DNA from: Heterodontus francisci
Taxonomy: Eukaryota
Direction: 5' to 3'
Length of the DNA stretch: 64,000 bases
Assembly (NCBI RefSeq): GCF_036365525.1
Contig: NC_090378.1
Span: 117,661,593 to 117,725,592 of the forward strand
This document shows positions 1 to 13,000 of the stretch, in pieces (the stretch's first letter is position 1; every line of letters starts with the position of its first letter). Under the pieces are notes generated by a model. The model was not told the DNA's origin. It saw only the letters and a list, made by a program, of their open reading frames with translations, and ran no database searches. Made by a program: the position numbers and the translations under genes.

Positions 1-525
1 CTGGACTGAAAAGACTTTTCATGGCTGGCTTGCCACTGTCTCTCTCCCATTGGCTTTCATCTCTCTGACCAGCTTCAGGAATCATTGAAGACATATGAAC
101 CGCAAGAGGGAAAAGTCTCCCACAGTGAACAAGGTTTAAGAAGAATACTGGGCCCCAATGAAAAGCAACACCTACCGACAAGCAAGGACTACAGTGAGCT
201 CGAAGCACAGTAACAAAAACTCTCTTCAGAGATTGCCTCAAACCTCTGCACTTTATTTTTCTTCTGCTCTTTTCTGTCTCTATTTGCATGTGTGTATCGC
301 ATATGCATGCTAGCATGGGGCATGGCGTGTATCCGTACGCGTTAACTGAATTAGAGTTTTAGTTTAAGTTTTAATAAATTTCACCTTTCTTCTTTAAACC
401 TAAGAAAACCTGTTTGTGCTCATTTCTTTGCCTCACACAGTGTGTTTCAAATTAAATCTTGTTACAGTAAGACCAGGTGAAGGCTGTGAAAGACCCCTAG
501 AGACTTTCATCACCTGGTCAGAACA
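1..525 (+). mobile_element. Possible LTR-like element (3' part), in the J-C intron
   Basis: AATAAA at 373-378 followed by T-rich sequence, a 10-bp inverted repeat (471-480/510-519) and a terminal ...GAACA. No coding domain is seen, so the call rests on LTR-like layout only. Confidence 0.3.
282..289 (+). promoter_or_regulatory. Perfect octamer motif ATTTGCAT in the J-C intron
   Basis: Exact ATTTGCAT about 775 bp downstream of the J splice donor. Function is unproven and it lies inside the putative LTR. Confidence 0.3.
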
Positions 526-787
526 ATCGACCTGAACTTGACCCAAAGACAAAGCAACTGAGAGTCTCCCCAAAACCCTGGAACACTGAAGCCACTGGAT
601 TGGGAGCCCTGCTGTCGCTGTTTGTCATCAGAACTTTGACAAGAGATAAGCAGGGAGTGGACAGAGCAGAGTTAAAGCTGGGGGAGGTGGGACCTTGGTG
701 TCTCACTGTGCTGGTGCTGAGATCAGTTCTATCAGAGACTGTGACAGAGACCCAGAGCTCACACTGAGACTGGCAGGAGTCTAGTGA

Positions 788-797
788 GGGATTTCAC
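788..797 (+). promoter_or_regulatory. NF-kB-like site GGGATTTCAC in the J-C intron
   Basis: 9/10 match to GGGRNNYYCC about 265 bp downstream of J. E-boxes at 474-479, 511-516 and 914-919. Confidence 0.25.
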
Positions 798-1062
798 TCC
801 ATGGAGCAGGAATGTGACCACAGTCTGCAAACGTCCAGATCTCCTCTACACACTCGGTAAAAGTTGGTTACTTATATCTTGCTGGTTAAAGGGGGAATGT
901 AACTAAAGAAATACAGCTGGGCACCCTGTTATACACAGTGCTCTTCAATGAACCATTTCATTGACTGCAGCTCCTTACTAACACCTTCCACTATTCAGCA
1001 TTTGTGTTTTCGAAAGTTTCAGTATTTAAAGGATTAATAACGGAGGATTGAGGTTTACTTAC

Positions 1063-1097
1063 TCAGTCTGAGCTTGGTTCCTTTACCGAACGTAAAC
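1063..1097 (-). CDS. IGKJ: Immunoglobulin light chain (kappa/type III) J segment, germline unrearranged
   Basis: Minus strand reads G TTT ACG TTC GGT AAA GGA ACC AAG CTC AGA CTG A|GTAAGT = FTFGKGTKLRL, with the FGxG motif, a consensus splice donor at 1057-1062 and an abutting 23-RSS. Too short for the ORF track. Confidence 0.95.
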
Positions 1098-1136
1098 CAC
1101 ACTGACAGCTTCCAGTGCAGGGGCTGTACAATATCC
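1098..1136 (+). promoter_or_regulatory. J recombination signal sequence, 23-bp spacer
   Basis: Heptamer CACACTG (1098-1104, 6/7 to CACAGTG), 23-bp spacer (1105-1127), nonamer ACAATATCC (1128-1136, 7/9 to ACAAAAACC). Confidence 0.92.
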
Positions 1137-1923
1137 TCTGCTCTCTGTTTCACTCACTCACTCTCACCCTCTCTCTGTCTTTCACTGTCACTGTGTCTCT
1201 TTCTCTGTCACTCTTTGCCTGTGTGTATGTGTGTCTCTGTCTCTCACACTCTCTCTATATATATCTATTTGTCTCTGTCTCTATGTGTGCTTCTGTCTGT
1301 CTCTGTCTGTGTGTGTCATTCACAGTGTGTCACACTCTGTCTCTGCTACTTTGGGTTTCTCTCACATTCTGTCTCTCTCTCATTGTTTTCTCTCACTCTG
1401 TCTCTTTCACTCTCTCATTATGTCCCTCTCTCTCACTCCCTGTTACTCTGTCTCTGTCACACGCTCTCTCTCTCTCACACTCTCTCTCAATCTGTCTCTC
1501 TCTTTCTCTCACTCACTCTGTCTCTCTTTCTCACTCTCTCTCACTCCCTCACTCTGTCTCTCTTTTTCTCCCTCTCACTGTCTCTCTCTTTCTTTCTCTC
1601 TCACTCTCTCTCTCTTTCTCACTCTCACTCTCTCATTCTGCCTCACTCTGTCTCTCTNNNNNNNNNNNNNNNNNNNNNNNNNNNNNNNNNNNNNNNNNNN
1701 NNNNNNNNNNNNNNNNNNNNNNNNNNNNNNNNNNNNNNNNNNNNNNNNNNNNNNNNNNNNNNNNNNNNNNNNNNNNNNNNNNNNNNNNNNNNNNNNNNNN
1801 NNNNNNNNNNNNNNNNNNNNNNNNNNNNNNNNNNNCTCTCATTCAGTCTCACTCTGTCTCTCTTTTTCTCCCTCTCACTCTCTCTCTCTTTCTCTCTCTC
1901 TCACTTTCTCTCTCTCTGTCTCT
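1137..1923. repeat. CT/CA-rich low-complexity tract containing an assembly gap
   Basis: Degenerate (CT)n/CTCA sequence; the S/L-rich ORFs here are artefacts. Confidence 0.9.
1658..1835. other. Assembly gap (178 N)
   Basis: Run of N with similar CT-rich sequence on both sides. Confidence 1.
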
Positions 1924-2703
1924 AACAGACTGGGATGAATTCTCCCGGTGCCATGGAGACGGGGTTCTCATTTGGAGGTTGGGCAGGACTGGGAAAAATA
2001 CGACGAGCCGTGTCAACATGGCTCCCTGACACATTCCCGCCTCCGGGTTACTTTCCCATGGGTGTACTGGGAACCGGTCATCTGCTGCCTCCATGGAGAT
2101 GGGCAGACAATTCGAGCAATGAAGTTCACATTTAGGGGCCATTTTTGAGCCGGTGCTGGTATTTTACCAACGTCGGAGCGGCCTCCCCACCCCCGAGTGC
2201 GGAGGCCACCAGCTCAATGGAGGAGGCCTCCCGGCAGCAGGCCAGGGGACCATCGGAGACGGAGACTCTATGTCCCAATGACAGAGCTACAGGGATGAAA
2301 AGCTGCAGTCCCGCCTGTTAATAATCCTGTGGAGGAGTTTCCTAACCCTAACCCTCTTCAACCTGATGGCCCAACTGGCTTCAGCCCTTTTTATTTTACT
2401 ATTCCTCTGCAGGCAGCCAAGGGCGTCTCCATGTTGAGGGGCCCTCACTCTCGCCTGCCTGTTTCAGCAGGGCCCACCTCTCCCGGTGGAGCTGCCAGCC
2501 TGACATCACTGTGGGCCCTCTGATTGGGCCTGCAGGCTCGGGAGCCTGACTGCCATCATTAATAGGACAGTGAGTGTGGAGGTGACCAATTAAGAGGCTG
2601 CCTCCCAGAAAGTTGCTCCGGCGAGTGCTGATGACATGGGCAGGCTCGGGACCCTCATATAGGCCAGAAGTCAGAGTCCCAATGTCCACTGGGCCAACCA
2701 GCC

Positions 2704-2965
2704 ATCTCTCTCTCTCACGCTGTCCCTCTTGTGCTCTTTCCCTCTGTCTATCTCACTATCTCCCTCTCTCTCTTTCTCTCATTCTCTTTCTCTCACTCTT
2801 TCTCTCTCTCTATCTGTCTCTCTCTAGCACTTTCTCTCTCTCTCCTACTGTCTCTCTTTATCTCTCTCTCTCTCTCTCACTGTCTCTTTCTGTCATTCTC
2901 TCTCTCCCACTGTCTCTGTTTCTCTCTCTCTCCGACTGTCTCTGTTTCACTCTCTCTCTCTGTCT
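2704..2965. repeat. CT-rich low-complexity tract
   Basis: Degenerate (CT)n. Confidence 0.9.
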
Positions 2966-4072
2966 GAATTCCATGCTGCCGTGCTTGGGAAAGTTGGGAA
3001 TTCTACTTGTCGATGATAAATCTTCCAGCTGCTCTTCCCACCACATCAGATGGAAAAGCCTGGAGCCACTCAATTCCTGGGAAATGAAAATCTCCCAGCA
3101 AACCGAGCTCACCTGCCTGTGCCCTGGAAAAAAGGGGAGGGGTGTTTCTGTAAATGTGATGTTTCTGTTGCTGACTCTGCTCTTCCTCATGGACCATTTG
3201 AAAACAGTGAGTTTCAGAGTCAGTGGATCATGTCTACATGGAGTGGGAGAGGTTGTGGCCCCTGTTCCATTATTTGAAGGGGCTGCTTCTCATCCTCTGG
3301 TTCCAATTCAGGCCCACACTCCTGATCTTTGGCCACCCAGTGCAGAGGTGACTGGGCAGGTTGGAGGCCCCTCCTCGTGGGTCTGCTCCTGGGCCTGGCC
3401 AAGGTGTCCATCCACAGGCCCGAGTTGGATGGGACCCATGGGGTGGTGGCACTGGCTGCCAGTCTCTCTACCATGGCATTGTCCCCACCCGGGTGGCCCT
3501 GGAGAAGGAGCAGGGGGTGTCTGCTGGGTCACTTGAGGCCTTCAGGCTGCAGTGGGCACCACAGGGACAGGAGTGTGTAGTGGATCGTGGAAATAACATC
3601 AGGCTTTAATTTGTTCAGTTTGCTTTCTATTTATGATTTCAGTTTTATTCATTTCGACACTTTTCTAAATTGGATTTTGATTGGTGAAAATTGTGTCATC
3701 CAGATTGTCCAATCAGATGATAAGAAACCTGTTTCCATAGTAACTGACCTGGGGTGTCTGACCTGGGATGGGGGGTCAATAATAATGATCAATAATTAGT
3801 CTGTGCTCATGAAGCGACTCCACGAGAACCCAGAGAGAATCGAATGAAGCAAAATGTCAAATCTCCAGAGCTGTGAGATTCTCACTGATGAAGACAGCAG
3901 CTCCTCGTCCTCTCTAAACTCCTCCATCCTTTCTCAATTCCTCACACCGTTCAGGGGAATGTTTCTGTCAACACTCTCATCGACACATGTGGCAGCAATG
4001 CACAAAACAGCAAATATTTCCCAGATAGATAAGACAGGAGATTGAAGCAACTGTTTTAATAGAAGGTCTGTT

Positions 4073-7000
4073 TATTATATAATAAATATAACTGTGGGAT
4101 GTGTCGGTACAGGAGGTGGGACTGTGTGTCCATTATTAACTATTATATATAACTGTGGGATGTGTCAGTACAGGAGGTGGGACTGTGTGTCCATTATTAT
4201 ATATTATATATAACTGTGGGATGTGTCAGTGCAGGAGGTGTGACTGTGTGTCCATTATTATATATTATATATAACTGTGGGATGTGTCAGTGCAGGAGGT
4301 GTGACTGTGTGTCCATTATTATATATTATATATAACTGTGGGATGTGTCAGTACAGGAGGTGGGACTGTGTGTCCATTATTATATATTATATATAACTGT
4401 GGGATGTGTCAGTGCAGGAGGTGGGACTGTGTGTCCATTATTATATATTATATATAACTGTGGGATGTGTCAGTGCAGGAGGTGTGACTGTGTGTCCATT
4501 ATTAACTATTATATATAACTGTGGGATGTGTCAGTACAGGAGGTGGGTCTGTGTGTCCATTATTATATATTATATATAACTGTGGGATGTGTCAGTGCAG
4601 GAGGTGGGACTGTGTGTCCATTATTATATATTATATATAACTGTGGGATGTGTCAGTGCAGGAGGTGTGACTGTGTGTCCATTATTATATATTATATATA
4701 ACTGTGGGATGTGTCAGTACAGGAGGTGGGACTGTGTGTCCATTATTATATATTATATATAACTGTGGGATGTGTCAGTACAGGAGGTGGGACTGTGTAT
4801 CCATTATTATATATTATATATAACTGTGGATGTGTCAGTAGTGAAATTGGGACTGTGTGTCCATTATTATATATTATATATAACGGTGGATGTGTCAGTA
4901 GAGAAATTGGGACTGTGTGTCCATTATTATATATTATATATAACTGTGGGATGTGTCAGTGCAGGAGGTGTGACTGTGTGTCCATTATTATATATTATAT
5001 ATAACTGTGGGATGTGTCAGTACAGGAGGTGGGACTGTGTATCCATTATTATATATTATATATAACTGTGGATGTGTCAGTAGTGAAATTGGGACTGTGT
5101 GTCCATTATTATATATTATATATAACGGTGGATGTGTCAGTAGAGAAATTGGGACTGTGTGTCCATTATTATATATTATATATAACTGTGGGATGTGTCA
5201 GTGCAGGAGGTGTGACTGTGTGTCCATTATTATATATTATATATAACTGTGGGATGTGTCAGTACAGGAGGTGTGACTGTGTGTCCATTATTATATATTA
5301 TATATAACTGTGGGATGTGTCAGTACAGGAGGTGGGACTGTGTGTCCATTATTATATATTATATATAACTGTGGATGTGTCAGTAGTGAAATTGGGACTG
5401 TGTGTCCATTATTATATATTATATATAACGGTGGATGTGTCAGTAGAGAAATTGGGACTGTGTGTCCATTATTATATATTATATATAACTGTGGGATGTG
5501 TCAGTGCAGGAGGTGTGACTGTGTGTCCATTATTATATATTATATATAACTGTGGGATGTGTCAGTACAGGAGGTGGGACTGTGTGTCCATTATTATATA
5601 TTATATATAACTGTGGATGTGTCAGTAGTGAAATTGGGACTGTGTGTCCATTATTATATATTATATATAACGGTGGATGTGTCAGTAGAGAAATTGGGAC
5701 TGTGCATCCATTATTATATATTATATAGAACAGTGGAACGTGTCAGTCGAGGAGGTGGGACTGTGCGTCCCTTATTATATATTATCTATAACTGTGGGAT
5801 GTGTCAGTGCGGGAGGTGGGACTGTGCGTCCCATATTATATATTATATATAACAGTGGAACGTGTCAGTCGAGGAGGTGGGACTGTGCGTCCCTTATTAT
5901 ATATTATATATAACTGTGGAACGTGTTAGTCGAGGAGGTGGGACTGTGCGTCCCTTATTATATATTATATATAACTGTGGAACGTGTCAGTCGAGGAGGT
6001 GGGACTGTGCGTCCCTTATTATATATTATATATAACTGTGGAACGTGTTAGTCGAGGAGGTGGGACTGTGCGTCCCTTATTATATATTATATATAACTGT
6101 GGAACGTGTCAGTCGAGGAGGTGGGACTGTGCGTCCCTTATTATATATTATATATAACTGTGGAACGTGTCAGTCGAGGAGGTGGGACTGTGCATCCATT
6201 ATTATATATTATATATAACTGTGGGATGTGTCAGTGCGGGAGGTGGGCTGTGAGTCCATTATTATATATTATATATAAATGTGGAACATGTCAGTCGGGT
6301 AGGTGGGACTGTGCGTCCATTATTATATATTATATATAACTGTGGGATGTGTCAGTGCGGGAGGTGGGACTGTGTGTCCATTATTATATATTATCTATAA
6401 CTGTGGGATGTGTCAGTGCGGGAGGTGGGCTGTGAGTCCATTATTATATATTATATATAAATGTGGAACATGTCAGTCGGGTAGGTGGGACTGTGTGTTC
6501 ATTATTATATATTATATATAACTGTGGGATGTCAGTGCGGGAGGTGGGACTGTGTATCCATTATTATATATTATATATAACTGTGGGATGTGTCAGTGCG
6601 GGAGGTGGGACTGTGTGTCCATTATTATATATTATATATAACTGTGGGATGTGTCAGTGCAGGAAGTGGGACTGTGTGTCCATTATTATATATTATATAT
6701 AACTGTGGGATGTGTCAGTGCAGGAGGTGGGACTGTGTGTCGATTATTATATATTATATATAACTGTGGGATGTGTCAGTGCGGGAGGTGGGACTGTGTG
6801 TCCATTATTATATATTATATATAACTGTGGGATGTGTCAGTGCAGGTGGTGGGACTGTGTGTCCATTATTATATATTATATATAACTGTGGGATGTGTCA
6901 GTGCAGGAGGTGGGACTGTGTGTCGATTATTATATATTATATATAACTGTGGGATGTGTCAGTGCGGGAGGTGGGACTGTGTGTCCATTATTATATATTA

Positions 7001-10000
7001 TATATAACTGTGGGATGTGTCAGTACAGGAGGTGGGACTGTGTGTCCATTATTATATATTATATATAACTGTGGGATGTGTCAGTGCAGGAGGTGGGACT
7101 GTGTGTCCATTATTATATATTATATATAACTGTGGGATGTGTCAGTGCAGGAGGTGGGACTGTGTGTCGATTATTATATATTATATATAACTGTGGGATG
7201 TGTCAGTGCAGGAAGTGGGACTGTGTGTCCATTATTATATATTATATATAACTGTGGGATGTGTCAGTGCAGGAGGTGGGACTGTGTGTCGATTATTATA
7301 TATTATATATAACTGTGGGATGTGTCAGTGCGGGAGGTGGGACTGTGTGTCCATTATTATATATTATATATAACTGTGGGATGTGTCAGTGCAGGTGGTG
7401 GGACTGTGTGTCCATTATTATATATTATATATAACTGTGGGATGTGTCAGTGCAGGAGGTGGGACTGTGTGTCGATTATTATATATTATATATAACTGTG
7501 GGATGTGTCAGTGCGGGAGGTGGGACTGTGTGTCCATTATTATATATTATATATAACTGTGGGATGTGTCAGTGCAGGAAGTGGGACTGTGTGTCCATTA
7601 TTATATATTATATATAACTGTGGGATGTGTCAGTGCAGGAGGTGGGACTGTGTGTCGATTATTATATATTATATATAACTGTGGGATGTGTCAGTGCGGG
7701 AGGTGGGACTGTGTGTCCATTATTATATACTATATATAACTGTGGGATGTTTCAGTGCGGGAGGTGGGACTGTGTTTCCATTATTATATATTATATATAA
7801 CTGTGGGATGTGTCAGTGCGGGAGGTGGGACTGTCTGTCCATTATTATATATTATATATAACTGTGGAACGTGTCAGTCGAGGAGGTGGGACTGTGCGTC
7901 CATGATTATATATTATATATAACTGTGGGATGTGTCAGTGCGGGAGGTGGGACTGTGTGTACATTATTATATATTATATATAACTGTGGGATGTGTCAGT
8001 GCGGGAGGTGGGACTGTGTGTCCATTATTAGATATTATATATAACTGTGGGATGTGTCAGTGCGGGAGGTGGGACTGTGTGTCCATTACTATATATTATA
8101 TATAACTGTGGAACGTGTCAGTCGAGGAGGTGGGACTGTGTGTCCATTACTATATATTATATATAACTGTGGAACGTGTAAATCAAGGAGGTGGGACTGT
8201 GTCTCCATTATTATATATTATATATAACTGTGGAACGTGTCAGTCGAGGAGGTGGGACTGTGCGTCCATTATTATATATTATATATAACTGTGGGATGTG
8301 TCAGTACAGGAGGTGTGACTGTGTGTCCATTATTATATATTATATATAACTGTGGGATGTGTCAGTACAGGAGGTGGGACTGTGTGTCCATTATTATATA
8401 TTATATATAACTGTGGATGTGTCAGTAGTGAAATTGGGACTGTGTGTCCATTATTATATATTATATATAACGGTGGATGTGTCAGTAGAGAAATTGGGAC
8501 TGTGTGTCCATTATTATATATTATATATAACTGTGGGATGTGTCAGTGCAGGAGGTGTGACTGTGTGTCCATTATTATATATTATATATAACTGTGGGAT
8601 GTGTCAGTACAGGAGGTGGGACTGTGTGTCCATTATTATATATTATATATAACTGTGGATGTGTCAGTAGTGAAATTGTGACTGTGTGTCCATTATTATA
8701 TATTATATATAACGGTGGATGTGTCAGTAGAGAAATTGGGACTGTGCATCCATTATTATATATTATATAGAACAGTGGAACGTGTCAGTCGAGGAGGTGG
8801 GACTGTGCGTCCCTTATTATATATTATCTATAACTGTGGGATGTGTCAGTGCGGGAGGTGGGACTGTGCGTCCCTTATTATATATTATATATAACTGTGG
8901 AACGTGTTAGTCGAGGAGGTGGGACTGTGCGTCCCTTATTATATATTATATATAACTGTGGAACGTGTTAGTCGAGGAGGTGGGACTGTGCGTCCCTTAT
9001 TATATATTATATATAACTGTGGAACGTGTCAGTCGAGGAGGTGGGACTGTGCGTCCCTTATTATATATTATATATAACTGTGGAACGTGTTAGTCGAGGA
9101 GGTGGGACTGTGCGTCCCTTATTATATATTATATATAACTGTGGAACGTGTCAGTCGAGGAGGTGGGACTGTGCGTCCCTTATTATATATTATATATAAC
9201 TGTGGAACGTGTCAGTCGAGGAGGTGGGACTGTGCATCCATTATTATATATTATATATAACTGTGGGATGTGTCAGTGCGGGAGGTGGGCTGTGAGTCCA
9301 TTATTATATATTATATATAAATGTGGAACATGTCAGTCGGGTAGGTGGGACTGTGCGTCCATTATTATATATGATATATAACTGTGGAACGTGTCAGTCG
9401 AGGAGGTGGGACTGTGTGTTCATTATTATATATTATCTATAACTGTGGAATGTGTCAGTGCGGGAGGTGGGCTGTGAGTCCATTATTATATATTATATAT
9501 AAATGTGGAACATGTCAGTCGGGTAGGTGGGACTGTGCGTCCATTATTATATATTATATATAACTGTGGGATGTGTCAGTGCGGGAGGTGGGACTGTGTG
9601 TCCATTATTATATATTATCTATAACTGTGGGATGTGTCAGTGCGGGAGGTGGGCTGTGAGTCCATTATTATATATTATATATAAATGTGGAACATGTCAG
9701 TCGGGTAGGTGGGACTGTGTGTTCATTATTATATATTATATATAACTGTGGGATGTCAGTGCGGGAGGTGGGACTGTGTATCCATTATTATATATTATAT
9801 ATAACTGTGGGATGTGTCAGTGCGGGAGGTGGGACTGTGTGTCCATTATTATATATTATATATAACTGTGGGATGTGTCAGTGCAGGAAGTGGGACTGTG
9901 TGTCCATTATTATATATTATATATAACTGTGGGATGTGTCAGTGCAGGAGGTGGGACTGTGTGTCGATTATTATATATTATATATAACTGTGGGATGTGT

Positions 10001-13000
10001 CAGTGCGGGAGGTGGGACTGTGTGTCCATTATTATATATTATATATAACTGTGGGATGTGTCAGTGCAGGTTATGGGACTGTGTGTCCATTATTATATAT
10101 TATATATAACTGTGGGATGTGTCAGTGCAGGAGGTGGGACTGTGTGTCGATTATTATATATTATATATAACTGTGGGATGTGTCAGTGCGGGAGGTGGGA
10201 CTGTGTGTCCATTATTATATATTATATATAACTGTGGGATGTGTCAGTACAGGAGGTGGGACTGTGTGTCCATTATTATATATTATATATAACTGTGGGA
10301 TGTGTCAGTGCAGGAGGTGGGACTGTGTGTCCATTATTATATATTATATATAACTGTGGGATGTGTCAGTGCAGGAGGTGGGACTGTGTGTCGATTATTA
10401 TATATTATATATAACTGTGGGATGTGTCAGTGCAGGAAGTGGGACTGTGTGTCCATTATTATATATTATATATAACTGTGGGATGTGTCAGTGCAGGAGG
10501 TGGGACTGTGTGTCGATTATTATATATTATATATAACTGTGGGATGTGTCAGTGCGGGAGGTGGGACTGTGTGTCCATTATTATATATTATATATAACTG
10601 TGGGATGTGTCAGTGCAGGTGGTGGGACTGTGTGTCCATTATTATATATTATATATAACTGTGGGATGTGTCAGTGCAGGAGGTGGGACTGTGTGTCGAT
10701 TATTATATATTATATATAACTGTGGGATGTGTCAGTGCGGGAGGTGGGACTGTGTGTCCATTATTATATATTATATATAACTGTGGGATGTGTCAGTGCA
10801 GGAAGTGGGACTGTGTGTCCATTATTATATATTATATATAACTGTGGGATGTGTCAGTGCAGGAGGTGGGACTGTGTGTCGATTATTATATATTATATAT
10901 AACTGTGGGATGTGTCAGTGCGGGAGGTGGGACTGTGTGTCCATTATTATATACTATATATAACTGTGGGATGTTTCAGTGCGGGAGGTGGGACTGTGTT
11001 TCCATTATTATATATTATATATAACTGTGGGATGTGTCAGTGCGGGAGGTGGGACTGTCTGTCCATTATTATATATTATATATAACTGTGGAACGTGTCA
11101 GTCGAGGAGGTGGGACTGTGCGTCCATGATTATATATTATATATAACTGTGGGATGTGTCAGTGCGGGAGGTGGGACTGTGTGTACATTATTATATATTA
11201 TATATAACTGTGGGATGTGTCAGTGCGGGAGGTGGGACTGTGTGTCCATTATTAGATATTATATATAACTGTGGGATGTGTCAGTGCGGGAGGTGGGACT
11301 GTGTGTCCATTACTATATATTATATATAACTGTGGAACGTGTCAGTCGAGGAGGTGGGACTGTGTGTCCATTACTATATATTATATATAACTGTGGAACG
11401 TGTAAATCAAGGAGGTGGGACTGTGTCTCCATTATTATATATTATATATAACTGTGGAACGTGTCAGTCGAGGAGGTGGGACTGTGCGTCCATTATTATA
11501 TATTATATATAACTGTGGGATGTGTCAGTGCGGGAGGAGGGACTGTGTGTCCATTATTATATATTATATATAACTGTGGGATGTGTCAGTACAGGAGGTG
11601 GGACTGTGTGTCCATTATTATATATTATATATAACTGTGGAACGTGTCAGTCGAGGAGGTGGGACTGTGCGTCCAATATTATATATTATATATAACTGTG
11701 GGATGTGTCAGTGCGGGAAGTGGGACTGTGTGTCCATTATTATATATTATATACAACTGTCGGATGTGTCAGTGCGGGAGGTGGGACTGTGTGTCCATTA
11801 TTATATATTCTAGATAACTGTCGGATGTGTCAGTACAGGAGGTGGGACTGTGTGCCCATTATTATATATTCTAGATAACAGTGGGATCTGTCAGGACAGG
11901 AGGTGGGGCTGTGTGTCCAATATTATATATTATATATAACTGTCGGATGTGTCAGTACAGGAGGTGGGACTGTGTGTCCAATATTATGTCTTATATATAA
12001 CTGTGGGACGTGTCAGTCCAGGAGGTGGGACTGTGTGTCCATTATTATATATTAGATATAACAGTGGGATGTGTCAGTACAGGAGGTGGGACTGTGCGTC
12101 CATTATTATATATTATATATAACTGTGGGATGTGTCAGTTCAGGAGGTGGGACTGTGTGTCCATTATTATATATTATATATAACTGTGGGATGTGTCAGT
12201 GCAGGAGGTCGGACTGTGTGTCCATTATTATACATTATCTATAACTGTGGGATGTGTCAGTGCGGGAGGTGGGACTGTGCATCCATTATTATATATTATA
12301 TATAGCAGTGGAACGTGTCAGTCGAGGAAGTGGGACTGTGCGTCCCTTATTATATATTATCTATAACTGTGGGATGTGTCAGTGCGGGAGGTGGGACTGT
12401 GCGTCCCATATTATATATTATATATAACAGTGGAACGTGTCAGTCGAGGAGGTGGGACTGTGCGTCCCTTATTATATATTATATATAACTGTGGAACGTG
12501 TTAGTCGAGGAGGTGGGACTGTGCGTCCCTAATTATATATTATATATAACTGTGGAACGTGTCAGTCGAGGAGGTGGGACTGTGCGTCCCTTATTATATA
12601 TTATATATAACTGTGGAACGTGTCAGTCGAGGAGGTGGGACTGTGCATCCATTATTATATATTATATATAACTGTGGGATGTGTCAGTCGAGGAGGTGGG
12701 ACTGTGTGTCCCTTATTATATATTATATATAACTGTGGGATGTGTCAGTGCGGGAGGTGGGACTGTGTGTCCATTATTATATATTATCTATAACTGTGGG
12801 ATGTGTCAGTGCGGGAGGAGGGCTGTGAGTCCATTATTATATATTATATATAAATGTGGAACATGTCAGTCGGGTAGGTGGGACTGTGCGTCCATTATTA
12901 TATATTATATATAACTGTGGGATGTCAGTGCGGGAGGTGGGACTGTGTATCCATTATTATATATTATATATAACTGTGGGATGTGTCAGGACTGGAGGTG

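Noticed and set aside
121-940. Isolated CACAGTG heptamers at 121, 436 and 934 as extra RSSs or J segments
   Set aside because: No convincing nonamer follows and there is no adjacent FGxG coding sequence.
1-1056. Constant-region exon
   Set aside because: No Ig C1-set motifs were recognisable on the minus strand; the C exon is presumably outside the window.
1074-3609. Long S/L-rich and other ORFs between J and the array
   Set aside because: They derive from CT low-complexity sequence, N runs or probable decayed interspersed repeats, with no recognisable domain. I could not classify 1930-2700 or 3200-3600.
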